From: Nitrosopumilus sp.
GTDB lineage: Archaea > Thermoproteota > Nitrososphaeria > Nitrososphaerales > Nitrosopumilaceae
Reading direction: 5' to 3'
Assembly (NCBI GenBank): GCA_963662625.1
Contig: OY759726.1
Span: 1,024,001 to 1,088,000, forward strand
Length of the DNA: 64,000 nt
Numbering within the stretch: position 1 is the first letter of the stretch; every line of letters begins with the position of its first letter. Below are positions 10,518-20,375 of the stretch, in pieces. Made by a program: the position numbers and the translations under genes. The notes under the pieces were generated by a model. That model saw only the letters and a list, made by a program, of their open reading frames with translations, searched no databases and was not told the DNA's origin.

Positions 10518-12182
10518 ATGGCACTGATCCAGATATCCAACCAGACGGCCAAGAACCTGGGCAAAAAGTCCACCATCAGGTTCACCCAGAGCATCTGCCC
10601 CGACTGCAACATGATCCTCGACGCGGAGGTATTCGAGAGGGACGGCAGGGTCTACATGTCCAAGGTCTGCCCGACCCACGGCGAGTGCGAGGAGCTGTAC
10701 TTTGGCTCCTACGAGATGTACAAGAAGTTCAGCACGTACTGGATGGACGGGAAGGGCGCCCACGCCCCGAACGTGATGATCGACAAGTGCTCGTGCCCGA
10801 ACAACTGCGGGCTGTGCTCCAACCACCTCTCCCACAGCGGCCTGGCAAACATGATCGTGACCAACAGGTGCGACCTGACGTGCTGGTACTGCTTCTTCTA
10901 CGTCAAGAAGGGACTGGAGGGCGCATACATGTACGAGCCGGACCACACGCAGGTCAGGGCGATGATGAAGACCCTCAGGGCCGAGAGGCCCATACCGGGC
11001 AACTCGATGCAGATCACCGGCGGCGAGCCGATGCTGCGCGACGACATATCCGAGGTAATCAAGATCATGAAGGAGGAGGGCGTCGACCACATCCAGATGA
11101 ACACGAACGGCATCAGGCACGCGATGGATCCGGAGGCCGCTAGGGAGGTGAGGATCGCCGGCTGCAACAACCTGTACCTGAGCTTCGACGGCGTGACCGC
11201 CAGGACGAACCCGAAGAACCACTGGGAGATCCCGTACGCGCTTGACAGCTGCAGGAAGACGGGGACGACGGTCGTCTTCGTGCCGACTGTGATCAAGTCG
11301 ATCAACGACCACGAGCTGGGGGGCATCATCAGGTACGCGCAAAAGAACATGGACGTGGTCCACGCCGTGAACTTCCAGCCAGTCTCGCTGACGGGAAGGA
11401 TGGGCAAGAGCGAGCGCGAAAAGTACAGGATCACCATACCCGACTGCATCCAGAGGATCGAGGAGCAGACCAACGGCGAGGTCACCGTAGACGACTGGTT
11501 CCCGGTCCCGAGCTGCATGCCTCTCACCAACGTGATAGAGGCGTTCTCCAGCAAGCCGAAGTACGAGCTGTCGATCCACTTCGCCTGCGGCGCCGGCACG
11601 TACGTCTTCGAGGACGAGGATACCAAGAAGTTCGTGCCGCTGACAAAGTTCTGCGACATCCAGGGGATGCTGGAGCTGTTCGAGGACAAGGCAGAGGAGA
11701 TCCGCTCAGGCAAGAACAAGTACTTCACCATGCTCGAGGTGGTCAGGAAGCTGAAGGGGTTCGTGGACGCGAAGAAGCAGCCGGCCGGCCTGGACCTGGC
11801 CAAGATGTTCGGGAACATACTGATGAAGAGGTCGTTTGACGCCGTGGGCTCGTGGCACGTGAAGGGCCTGTTCCTCGGCATGATGCACTTTCAGGACAAG
11901 TACAACGAGGATCTCGAGCGCCTGCAGAGGTGCGACATCCATTACCTGACCCCGGATCTCAGGATCGTGCCGTTCTGCGCGTTCAACGTTATCCCGGAGT
12001 GGTACCGCGACAGGATCCAGAAAAAATACTCCATCACGGTCGAGGAATGGGAACAGCGGGAGGGCGTAAAGCTCGAGGACGGCCTGTACCGGGGCCTGAT
12101 GAGGCGCGGCGCGGGCGACGAGCTCGCGGCGGGCTGCGCGAAGAGCCAGATGTTCCACGACGCCTCCCAGGCCGTGATGTAG
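10518..12182 (+). CDS. tes: Tetraether (GDGT) lipid synthase, radical SAM
   Basis: N-terminal SICPDC..CPTHG, CPNNCGLC..H, radical SAM CDLTCWYC, C-terminal RCDIHY..IVPFC. Confidence 0.88.
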   Translation: MALIQISNQTAKNLGKKSTIRFTQSICPDCNMILDAEVFERDGRVYMSKVCPTHGECEELYFGSYEMYKKFSTYWMDGKGAHAPNVMIDKCSCPNNCGLCSNHLSHSGLANMIVTNRCDLTCWYCFFYVKKGLEGAYMYEPDHTQVRAMMKTLRAERPIPGNSMQITGGEPMLRDDISEVIKIMKEEGVDHIQMNTNGIRHAMDPEAAREVRIAGCNNLYLSFDGVTARTNPKNHWEIPYALDSCRKTGTTVVFVPTVIKSINDHELGGIIRYAQKNMDVVHAVNFQPVSLTGRMGKSEREKYRITIPDCIQRIEEQTNGEVTVDDWFPVPSCMPLTNVIEAFSSKPKYELSIHFACGAGTYVFEDEDTKKFVPLTKFCDIQGMLELFEDKAEEIRSGKNKYFTMLEVVRKLKGFVDAKKQPAGLDLAKMFGNILMKRSFDAVGSWHVKGLFLGMMHFQDKYNEDLERLQRCDIHYLTPDLRIVPFCAFNVIPEWYRDRIQKKYSITVEEWEQREGVKLEDGLYRGLMRRGAGDELAAGCAKSQMFHDASQAVM

Positions 12183-12277
12183 GCAGGCGCAGCGCATTCG
12201 GGCAGGGGCGCCACGTACGGAAAAGGGCCCGGCACGCTCGAAAAGAGTAATAAATTATCCGGCGTCCAGCTAACCCG

Positions 12278-14428
12278 TTGATCCCAAGAACGCAGTCGGC
12301 GACGCGGCGCCCCCCGCACCTGTACCGCCACCTGCTGGTCGCCGCGGTGCTCTGCATCTCGTTTTCAGCCTCGTTCCTCGTGAGATCCCAGCCGGCGGAG
12401 TTCGGGTTCGAGCTGCACGAGTTCGATCCCTTCTTCAACTACCGTGCCACCGGGTTCCTGCTGGAAAACGGCCTCGCCGCGTACCTCGGCTGGCATGACG
12501 ACCTGAGCTGGCACCCGGACGGCAGGGACGTCTCTGCCACGTCCCAGGTCATGCTTCACCTGACGGCGGCGGCGGCCTACCTGGCATTCGGGGCCGGCTC
12601 CGGCCTCTACGACTTTACGATAGTGCTCCCTGCCGTCTTCGGATCCCTCACCACGGTAGTCATATTCGCGCTCGTCCGGGTCATCGCGGGCACCACCGCC
12701 GGCCTCTTCGCGTCGGTGCTCTTTTCGGTGTCGCTCCCGATCGTCCTGCGGGGCTCGCTGGGATGGTTCAAGTCCGAGCCGCTCGGGATCTTTTACGGCC
12801 TGCTGGCCGTATACCTGTTCCTGAGCGGGATGCGGGCCGGCGGGGGTAGGGACGCCCTGCCAAGGATGGCCGGAGGGGGGGTAGTCCTGGGCTTCGGCCT
12901 GGCCTCGTGGGGCGGCATACAGTTCTTCGTCCTGCCGCTGGGCGTGTTCCTCCTGGCGCTCCCGTTTATCAGGAGGGACGGCCGGGCCCCTGCCGCTGGC
13001 ATCGCCGCGTTCGTCGCCGCATTCCTGCTGACCGCGCTGCTGTTCGAGAGGCCGGGCCCGGGCTTTGTACTCGGACTGGGGGGGTTCGCGCTGATGGTGC
13101 CCGCGGCATTCCTTGCCGCGTGCACCGCCATCCGGAGGGCCTCCCGGCGGGGGGGCGGGACCCGGAACTGCCTGGTGCTGCTGCTCGCCGTGCTCCTCTC
13201 GGGATCCGTCCTGATCGCGGTCAACGAGCACGCCCAGTTCATGCAGCTGCCCAACTTCCGCTACCTCAACGCCCTGAACCCGTTCCTCACAGCCACGAAC
13301 CCCCTGACCGACTCGGTCTCCGAGCACACCCCCACGAGCATCCAGGAGTCTTTCTTCTTCCACTCCGTGCTGATGATCTTCGCGGCGCTGGGGGCGTGGC
13401 TGGTCTTCAGGGACGCCGGCGGCCCGGGGCGGCCGCCGGCCGACATGGCCGCCTTTGCCCTGATAATGGGGATGTCCGGGGTCTACGTGAGCTCGGCCTT
13501 CATCCGGCTGGAGGTATTCGCGTCGATATCCGTGATAATCCTCTCGTCGATCGGGCTGTCCGTCCTGCTGCGGGAGGTCTTCGGCAACAGGTCGCTGGGG
13601 GCCCCGGCCAACGCCGTGAGAAACGCTGCCGTAAAGAACTCGTTTTTCGCGGCGATCGTGTTCCTGCTGATCGTCCCTTTCCTGATGCCCGCCGGCGCGA
13701 ACTGGATGGCCCTGACTGCCTCCCCGCCCACGATCCTCAACGGCGGGACATTTTATTCGGTCGGGACGGACGACTGGCTGGAGTCGCTGGAATGGATAAG
13801 GGACAACACCCCAGAGGACTCTGTGGTGGCCGCGTGGTGGGACTATGGCTACTGGATAAGCACGATGTCTGAACGGGCCACCCTGGCAGACAACGCCACG
13901 ATCGACTCGGGGCAGATCGAGAGGCTGGCAAGGATGTTCCTGAGCACCCCAGACGCCGGCTGGCAGATGCTGCAGGACATGGACGCGGACTACGTGGTGG
14001 TCTTCGTGGCCGGCGAGCGGCTGGCCACCGCCTCCGACGAGCCGCTCTACGTCCTGGAAGGGGGAGGGGACGAGTCAAAGAAGCAGTGGTTCATGAGGAT
14101 AGCCGGGGAGCCGGTGACCAAGTACCTGCACCCCGACGGCGAGACCGCCACCGACTACTTCTGGGACAGGACCCTCCTGGGGCGGCTCTTCCCGTTCTCC
14201 CCGCTGGGGTACGTGTATTTCGAGGACGGCGTGCAGTCGCGCAGCTACCTGCCCGGTCTGTCTGCCGTCTACGCCGAGGACGTAAAGTATCCCGAGGGAG
14301 GGCATGACGCGCCGTTCAGGCTGGTCCACGCGTCGCCGGGCTACCACGACGGGAGGCCCGGCCCGATGCTGGGGGTCTTCGTCTACGAGATCAACCACGG
14401 CTACGTGCCCGGCCGCGCCCCCGGCTGA
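12278..14428 (+). CDS. aglB: Oligosaccharyltransferase AglB (STT3)
   Basis: EFDPFFNYR, SVSEH, WWDYG, DESKK; many TM helices. Confidence 0.95.
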   Translation: MIPRTQSATRRPPHLYRHLLVAAVLCISFSASFLVRSQPAEFGFELHEFDPFFNYRATGFLLENGLAAYLGWHDDLSWHPDGRDVSATSQVMLHLTAAAAYLAFGAGSGLYDFTIVLPAVFGSLTTVVIFALVRVIAGTTAGLFASVLFSVSLPIVLRGSLGWFKSEPLGIFYGLLAVYLFLSGMRAGGGRDALPRMAGGGVVLGFGLASWGGIQFFVLPLGVFLLALPFIRRDGRAPAAGIAAFVAAFLLTALLFERPGPGFVLGLGGFALMVPAAFLAACTAIRRASRRGGGTRNCLVLLLAVLLSGSVLIAVNEHAQFMQLPNFRYLNALNPFLTATNPLTDSVSEHTPTSIQESFFFHSVLMIFAALGAWLVFRDAGGPGRPPADMAAFALIMGMSGVYVSSAFIRLEVFASISVIILSSIGLSVLLREVFGNRSLGAPANAVRNAAVKNSFFAAIVFLLIVPFLMPAGANWMALTASPPTILNGGTFYSVGTDDWLESLEWIRDNTPEDSVVAAWWDYGYWISTMSERATLADNATIDSGQIERLARMFLSTPDAGWQMLQDMDADYVVVFVAGERLATASDEPLYVLEGGGDESKKQWFMRIAGEPVTKYLHPDGETATDYFWDRTLLGRLFPFSPLGYVYFEDGVQSRSYLPGLSAVYAEDVKYPEGGHDAPFRLVHASPGYHDGRPGPMLGVFVYEINHGYVPGRAPG

Positions 14429-15185
14429 CCCGGCCCCTCCCCGCGAACTCGTCGTTGATGCGGCCTATCTCGTAAAGCCGGGCCTCCCCAGCAAGCTCCA
14501 GGTTGGGGATCACGCAGTGCCCCCCTATGACCCCCGGAAACATCTTCGGCCTGTTGCCCAGGTACCTGTGGATCTCGTCGGAGAACCCCCACATCTCGTC
14601 ATAGTCCACGCCGTGCCTGTCTGCGATCATCTTGCTCAGCTGCGCGTAGTTGATCAGCCAGCCGTAGTAGCTCGTGTCGACGACCAGCTTTGCCAGTTCC
14701 AGCGTGACCGGGCTTGACATCCTCCTGGCCCTCACACCGCATTTCCTCATCAGCCCGGCAAACGCGGACGCCGCCCACCTAGATCTCGGCGCGCCGTCCT
14801 CCAGGGCGTAGTATTTCGTGTACCTCCTGAGGTCCTTCATCATGCGCCCGTGCACCCCCCTGGTCGCGCTGTACACCACCGGGACCGGCAGCGCCCCCTG
14901 GAGCCCCGCGGTGGTGTTGGGGGGAACAGTGCTGTGGATCACCACGGCCTCGGGATCGAACATGCCGTACAGCTCCTCCACGTCGCGCGCAAAGCCCCCG
15001 GAAAACGGCAGGCACACGTGCAGCATCTCCGTCGCGAGGCCCCCGTACCTTGCCAGCCGCCCGCCGCTCGACAGAGCCGGGTCCGTGTCGTAGCCCGCCG
15101 CCACGCACTGCCCAGAGATCAGCCTCAGGATCGGCCCCCCGATCTCCCCCAGGCCGGCGACGACGTTCTTCTTCGGCCTTCCCAT
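14391..15185 (-). CDS. NDP-sugar dehydrogenase-like protein (UDP-glucose/GDP-mannose dehydrogenase family, short form)
   Basis: GLGEIG Rossmann motif, STVPP, ELAKL, PGVIGGHCV. Confidence 0.8.
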   Translation of the reverse strand: MGRPKKNVVAGLGEIGGPILRLISGQCVAAGYDTDPALSSGGRLARYGGLATEMLHVCLPFSGGFARDVEELYGMFDPEAVVIHSTVPPNTTAGLQGALPVPVVYSATRGVHGRMMKDLRRYTKYYALEDGAPRSRWAASAFAGLMRKCGVRARRMSSPVTLELAKLVVDTSYYGWLINYAQLSKMIADRHGVDYDEMWGFSDEIHRYLGNRPKMFPGVIGGHCVIPNLELAGEARLYEIGRINDEFAGRGRVSRGRGRARSRG

Positions 15186-15280
15186 ACGTGAACCTTGGGC
15201 CGCCGATGATGAAAGCGTATCGGTCGGGGGCCAGCCGGCCCGCGTGCAAGAGTTTTATCCTGAATTTTTGCAACCCTGCC

Positions 15281-16351
15281 ATGCGCATACTGCAGGCCGG
15301 CAACCCGAACTTCGGGTACGTCATGGCAAGGGAGCTCAGGAAGAGGGGGGTGGAGGCCGACCTCCTAGTCTCGCGCCAGGCCGTCACCGGCCCCGACCTT
15401 TCCATCAACGACCCGACGAGCCACGACCCGGGCGCCGGCGCCTGCCCCGACTGGGTGATCTTCTACGACCGCGACGGCACGGGCAAGACCGCCCGGGTCA
15501 TCCGGGCGATGAAAGGGTACGACTTGGTCTCCGCGTACAACACGCTGCCCATCCACGCCATGCTCTCGGGCAGGCCCTACGTAGCGGTGACCGGCGGGGA
15601 CGAGCTCCGCAGGAAGGCGTTCGAGCGGTCGGTGACGGGGTACCTGCTACGCAGGGCGTACAGGAAGGCAGACAGGCTGGTCTACACGTGGCCCGTGGCA
15701 AAGCCCTACGTGGAGAGGCTGGGGCTGGACGGCGCGGTGTTCATCCCGCGCACCTGGGACGCCGGGCGCTTTGTAAGGCGGGGCAGCCCGCCCGGCGACG
15801 GCCCGCTGCGCATATTCATGCCCACTGCACAGCTGTGGGACCTGAAGGGAAACGACAAGTTCCTCAGGGCGTTTGCCAGGCTGTGCGCCGAGGGCAGGGA
15901 CGTGTTCCTGTACTGCGTGGACTGGGGGCGGGACTCGGGCAGGGCCAGGGAACTGCTGGCAAGGCCAGAGTGCGCGAGGCGCACGGAGCTGGTCCCGGGC
16001 CCCGTGTCACGGGACGCGATGGCAGGCTACATGGAGAAATCGCACGTGCTGGCAGACCAGTTCAACACGGGCTCCTTTACCCGCGTGGGGATCGAGGCGT
16101 TCCACTTTGGGATCCCGGTCATGGTCAAACTCGACGAGCGGCTGTACGTGGAGGCGCACGGGGACCTCCCGTCGGTGCTGCAGTGCGGCACCGAGGAGGA
16201 GATCTACGGGCGGATCGAATGGGCGCTCGGGGACAGGGGAGGCCTGGGGAGGATGGGAGACGATTCCAGGCGGTGGGCGGCCAGGCACTTCGACCTGCAG
16301 AAAAATATTGACAGACATGTAGAACTTTATCAAGGGATTCTTAAAAAATGA
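15281..16351 (+). CDS. GT-B (GT4-like) glycosyltransferase, copy 1
   Basis: KGND, DQFNTGS..GIEA...GIPV; near-identical paralogue at 17896. Confidence 0.85.
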   Translation: MRILQAGNPNFGYVMARELRKRGVEADLLVSRQAVTGPDLSINDPTSHDPGAGACPDWVIFYDRDGTGKTARVIRAMKGYDLVSAYNTLPIHAMLSGRPYVAVTGGDELRRKAFERSVTGYLLRRAYRKADRLVYTWPVAKPYVERLGLDGAVFIPRTWDAGRFVRRGSPPGDGPLRIFMPTAQLWDLKGNDKFLRAFARLCAEGRDVFLYCVDWGRDSGRARELLARPECARRTELVPGPVSRDAMAGYMEKSHVLADQFNTGSFTRVGIEAFHFGIPVMVKLDERLYVEAHGDLPSVLQCGTEEEIYGRIEWALGDRGGLGRMGDDSRRWAARHFDLQKNIDRHVELYQGILKK

Positions 16352-16369
16352 CGGGGGATAGCAAAGCAC

Positions 16370-16795
16370 ATGACCGTAGCCGGCAACTGGGCCCGCAGGC
16401 GCTGGTTGAACTTCCGGCAGGGCCACAGCTACTACCTGATCTTCGCCATGTCATTTGCCAACTTCATCCTGATCGCGTACCGCCTCCTGGTGGAGCGCGT
16501 GGACGCGCTCAACGAGCTGTTCTCGAGCCTGTGGCTGTTCGTGGCAGCCTTCATCGCGCTGTACGTTCCCGCGGCAATACTGATCGGGCACTGGCACCAC
16601 AAGACGCAGGTCAAGATTGAGACCGAGCTGTGGCACAACCAGGATCCCGTCATGGCGCGGTGGTTCCGGCTGCTGATCGACATGCAGGCCGGCAGGGCCA
16701 CGCAGGAGGAGATTGCCGAGACCCGCGACTTCCTGAAATCGATAGAGGACGGAAAAAACTACAAGGAGTTAGCGGGCGACAAGGACAACCCATGA
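16370..16795 (+). CDS. Small membrane protein (2 TM), unknown function
   Basis: Two hydrophobic helices; stop overlaps the next ATG. Confidence 0.75.
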   Translation: MTVAGNWARRRWLNFRQGHSYYLIFAMSFANFILIAYRLLVERVDALNELFSSLWLFVAAFIALYVPAAILIGHWHHKTQVKIETELWHNQDPVMARWFRLLIDMQAGRATQEEIAETRDFLKSIEDGKNYKELAGDKDNP

Positions 16796-17853
16796 CGATA
16801 CGAGACGCCGTGGTCGTGGTGGGTACCCGGCCCCAGACCATAAAGTCGTACCCGCTGGTCAAGGCACTGCGCAGGCACGGGTTCGGGGTGGACGTGATCA
16901 ACACCGGGCAGCACTCCGACTACCTGATGTCCGGGCTGTTCTTCCGCAACCTCGCCGCCGCGAGGCCCGCAAGGAACCTGGGGGTGGGGCCGGGGACCCC
17001 GGGCGAGCAGCTCTCCCGGGCCATCCCGAAACTGGAGGCAGCCTTCCGGAGGGCGGGGCCGGATCTAGTGATTGCGCCCGGGGACACCACCTCCGCGCTT
17101 GCCACCGCCGTCGCTGCCTCAAAATGCGGCATCCTGCTGGCCCATCTGGAGGCAGGCGGCAGGGGCGTCCACGCGGGGATGCAGGAAGAGATCAACAGGA
17201 GGATGATAGACCACTCGTCTGACATCCTGTTCGCGCCTACCCGGGGCTGGGCAGACAACCTGGAGGCCGAACGCGTCCCCGGCGACGCCTACTTTGCGGG
17301 CGACACCATGTACGACCTCTTCCTGGAGGAGCGCGGGGCCGCCCCCGGGCCGGCCGGGGCCCCGCCCGTCCCGGGCAGGGTGCTGGTGACCATCCACCGC
17401 GCCGAGAAGATCGAGGAGAGGGGCCGCCTGGCGGGGGTCTGCGGCTTTCTGGACTCGCTGTGCGCGGCCGGGCTCGATCTGGTGTTCCCGGTCCACCCCC
17501 ACACCCGGAAGATGCTGGCCGAGTTCGGCCTCCGGCCCGACGCCAGGATGGTCGACCCGGTGGACCACGCCACGATGATGGGGCTGGTGGAACAGTCGTC
17601 ACTCGTGGTCACCGACTCCGGCGGACTGCAGAAGGAGGCGTACTGGATGTCCAGGCCGTGCATCGCGGTCCACGAGACCTTCGAGTGGAAGGAACTGGTG
17701 GACGAGCGCGCCAACTTTCCAATGTGGCCCGGCAGGCCCATGCCGGCATCCAGGGCCAAAAGGATCGCGAGGGCCTCGTTTGAGCCAAAGCCGTCCATCT
17801 TCGGATCCGGGAACGCCTCCGAGAGGATATGCGAGATACTCGGGGAATACTGA
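16792..17853 (+). CDS. wecB: UDP-N-acetylglucosamine 2-epimerase family protein (divergent)
   Basis: GTRPQTIK, TGQH, GDT, HLEAG, EEINR, TDSGGLQKEA. Confidence 0.88.
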   Translation: MTIRDAVVVVGTRPQTIKSYPLVKALRRHGFGVDVINTGQHSDYLMSGLFFRNLAAARPARNLGVGPGTPGEQLSRAIPKLEAAFRRAGPDLVIAPGDTTSALATAVAASKCGILLAHLEAGGRGVHAGMQEEINRRMIDHSSDILFAPTRGWADNLEAERVPGDAYFAGDTMYDLFLEERGAAPGPAGAPPVPGRVLVTIHRAEKIEERGRLAGVCGFLDSLCAAGLDLVFPVHPHTRKMLAEFGLRPDARMVDPVDHATMMGLVEQSSLVVTDSGGLQKEAYWMSRPCIAVHETFEWKELVDERANFPMWPGRPMPASRAKRIARASFEPKPSIFGSGNASERICEILGEY

Positions 17854-17895
17854 CCTCCTGACAACCGTTTTATGTAAACGCGGCCCCATCTGCCC

Positions 17896-18981
17896 ATGCG
17901 CATACTGCAGGCCGGCAACCCGAACTTCGGGTACGTCATGGCAAGGGAGCTCAGGAAGAGGGGGGTGGAGGCCGACCTCCTGGTATCGAGGTCCAGCATG
18001 TCCGGCACCGGGGCGTACGGCACCCCGGCGTCCGTAAACGACCCGATGAGCCACGACCCGGGCGCCGGCGCCTACCCCGACTGGGTGATCTTCTACGACA
18101 TACACAAGAGGGGCAGGGCCCTGCAGGTCTCGAACCTCCTGAAAAAATACGACGTCATCGAGGCCTACCAGGCCACCCCCATCCACGCCATGCTCTCGGG
18201 CAGGCCCTACGTAGCGGTGACCGGCGGGGACGAGCTCCGCAGGAAGGCGTTCGAGCGGTCGGTGACGGGGTACCTGCTACGCAGGGCGTACAGGAAGGCA
18301 GACAGGCTGGTCTACACGTGGCCCGTGGCAAAGCCCTACGTGGAGAGGCTGGGGCTGGACGGCGCGGTGTTCATCCCGCGCACCTGGGACGCCGGGCGCT
18401 TTGTAAGGCGGGGCAGCCCGCCCGGCGACGGCCCGCTGCGCATATTCATGCCCACTGCACAGCTGTGGGACCTGAAGGGAAACGACAAGTTCCTCAGGGC
18501 GTTTGCCAGGCTGTGCGCCGAGGGCAGGGACGTGTTCCTGTACTGCGTGGACTGGGGGCGGGACTCGGGCAGGGCCAGGGAACTGCTGGCAAGGCCAGAG
18601 TGCGCGAGGCGCACGGAGCTGGTCCCGGGCCCCGTGTCACGGGACGCGATGGCAGGCTACATGGAGAAATCGCACGTGCTGGCAGACCAGTTCAACACGG
18701 GCTCCTTTACCCGCGTGGGGATCGAGGCGTTCCACTTTGGGATCCCGGTCATGGTCAACCTCGACGAGCGGCTGTACGTGGAGGCGCACGGGGACCTCCC
18801 GTCGGTGCTGCAGTGCGGCACCGAGGAGGAGATCTACGGGCGGATCGAATGGGCGCTCGGGGACAGGGGAGGCCTGGGGAGGATGGGAGACGATTCCAGG
18901 CGGTGGGCGGCCAGGCACTTCGACCTGCAGAAAAACGTCGACAGGCACGTGGAACTCTGCCAGGAGATCCTCCGGAGGTAG
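17896..18981 (+). CDS. GT-B (GT4-like) glycosyltransferase, copy 2
   Basis: Same motifs as copy 1; about 760 bp nearly identical to copy 1. Confidence 0.85.
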   Translation: MRILQAGNPNFGYVMARELRKRGVEADLLVSRSSMSGTGAYGTPASVNDPMSHDPGAGAYPDWVIFYDIHKRGRALQVSNLLKKYDVIEAYQATPIHAMLSGRPYVAVTGGDELRRKAFERSVTGYLLRRAYRKADRLVYTWPVAKPYVERLGLDGAVFIPRTWDAGRFVRRGSPPGDGPLRIFMPTAQLWDLKGNDKFLRAFARLCAEGRDVFLYCVDWGRDSGRARELLARPECARRTELVPGPVSRDAMAGYMEKSHVLADQFNTGSFTRVGIEAFHFGIPVMVNLDERLYVEAHGDLPSVLQCGTEEEIYGRIEWALGDRGGLGRMGDDSRRWAARHFDLQKNVDRHVELCQEILRR

Positions 18982-18986
18982 GCAGG

Positions 18987-19733
18987 CTATGCCGCCAGCC
19001 TCTTGAAGTTGCCGTGCAGTATGGCGTGCTTTGACCTCTCGTCCAGCAGTGCGTCCTCCACGTTGGAGCGCATGGCGTTGAAGCTGCACCATGGAAAGTC
19101 GCTGCCAAACAGGACCCTCTCCCTGCCAAGCACCTCCACGGCGTGCTCGATCCTGTACGGCGTGCTGGTGCCAGAGGTGTCAAAATACACGTTCCCGAGC
19201 CCCTCCGCGGCGGCCACCGCGCGCCTGACGATCGCCGTATCGTTGCCGCCCATGTGGGCCAGGACTACCCTTATCCCGGGAAACCTCCTGGCCACCTCCA
19301 GCCCGTGAAGAAACGACGTGTTTGACTCCCGGGAGCCGTCCATGTACCTACCGCAGTGGACAAGCAACACCGCCCGCTTCTCGTCCAGCATGTCCATGAC
19401 CGGCGCGTACCCCGCGTCGGAGACCGGCCGGCCCTCGTACGAGCCGTGGAACTTGGCCCCTATCAGCCCGTCGCCGATCCCACTCTCCAAGTCCTTCAGG
19501 TCGTTCCCGATCCGGCCCCTTCGGACCCAGTAGAACCCGTGGATCCTCCGGTTCTCCCTTGCAAGCGCCATGATCTTCCGGTTGTACAGGCCCGTGTCCT
19601 TTTCAAACGGGATCAGCCCGACCTCGTCGATCCCGTTCTTTTCGATGAAATCGCCCAGCTTGGACGGGTCTAGGAAATTGTTTATGCTGTCTGACCACCC
19701 CAGGTGGACGTGGACGTCATTTATGCCGCCCAT
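18987..19733 (-). CDS. Amidohydrolase_2 family metallohydrolase
   Basis: DVHVH, KFH, VHCG, AHMGG, FDTS, LFGSDFP. Confidence 0.9.
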   Translation of the reverse strand: MGGINDVHVHLGWSDSINNFLDPSKLGDFIEKNGIDEVGLIPFEKDTGLYNRKIMALARENRRIHGFYWVRRGRIGNDLKDLESGIGDGLIGAKFHGSYEGRPVSDAGYAPVMDMLDEKRAVLLVHCGRYMDGSRESNTSFLHGLEVARRFPGIRVVLAHMGGNDTAIVRRAVAAAEGLGNVYFDTSGTSTPYRIEHAVEVLGRERVLFGSDFPWCSFNAMRSNVEDALLDERSKHAILHGNFKRLAA

Positions 19734-20280
19734 CTACAACCCGCCCGACCTGGTCCCTCCCCCCGATCACGAAGGAGTTAGGCGGCACGCTCCTCGTCAG
19801 GACACACCTTGCGGCAATCAGCGAGTGGTGCCCCACGACTATCCCGGGCATCACGGTCACCCCAGTCCCGATCCTGACATTGTCCTCGATCTTCGGGGGC
19901 GAGATCCTGGCCTCGGCCTTGCCCCGCGACGTCCCGTGCCCCGCGCCGGTAATCTCCGGCGTGTTTGCCGTCACGACATAGTGCGCCATGAACACGTTGC
20001 TGCCCACCGACATGCCCCTGGTTATGTGCGCCTGGGCCTCGATCGTGGTGTTGCTCCCTATGGCGGCGTCCCCCTCGCACATTGACAGGGGGCCGAAGAT
20101 CGTGTTGTCGCCAATCCTCGTGTTGGGCCTCAGCACGGCGTTTGCCCCGACGACGCACTCCTTCCCTATTTCACAGCCTTCGTAGATCACCGCCCCCGGC
20201 TCGACCTTGGTTCCCTCGCCCACGACGGCGGAGGCGTGGATGGACGCCCTGCCAGATACCAGCTCCCAGGTTCCAGCCAT
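19717..20280 (-). CDS. Left-handed beta-helix acyltransferase (sugar N/O-acetyltransferase)
   Basis: Hexapeptide repeats; IEDNVRIG..VMPGIVVG. Confidence 0.88.
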   Translation of the reverse strand: MAGTWELVSGRASIHASAVVGEGTKVEPGAVIYEGCEIGKECVVGANAVLRPNTRIGDNTIFGPLSMCEGDAAIGSNTTIEAQAHITRGMSVGSNVFMAHYVVTANTPEITGAGHGTSRGKAEARISPPKIEDNVRIGTGVTVMPGIVVGHHSLIAARCVLTRSVPPNSFVIGGRDQVGRVVDGRHK

Positions 20281-20375
20281 ACCGTTCCTAGCCGCCCGGC
20301 AAATTAAACATATCCGGGCCGCCGCGACACAAAACCCTACTGCTTATTTACCAGAAGCCGGTCAGTGTTTTTGTA

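Noticed and set aside
9606-11579. 657-aa TrmB fusion and other over-extended ORFs (53449-55401, 23735-25192, 36471-37403)
   Set aside because: Extensions run antisense through neighbouring genes; true starts are internal.
15281-18981. Diversity-generating retroelement template/variable repeat pair
   Set aside because: No reverse transcriptase, differences are not adenine-specific, and both copies are full genes.
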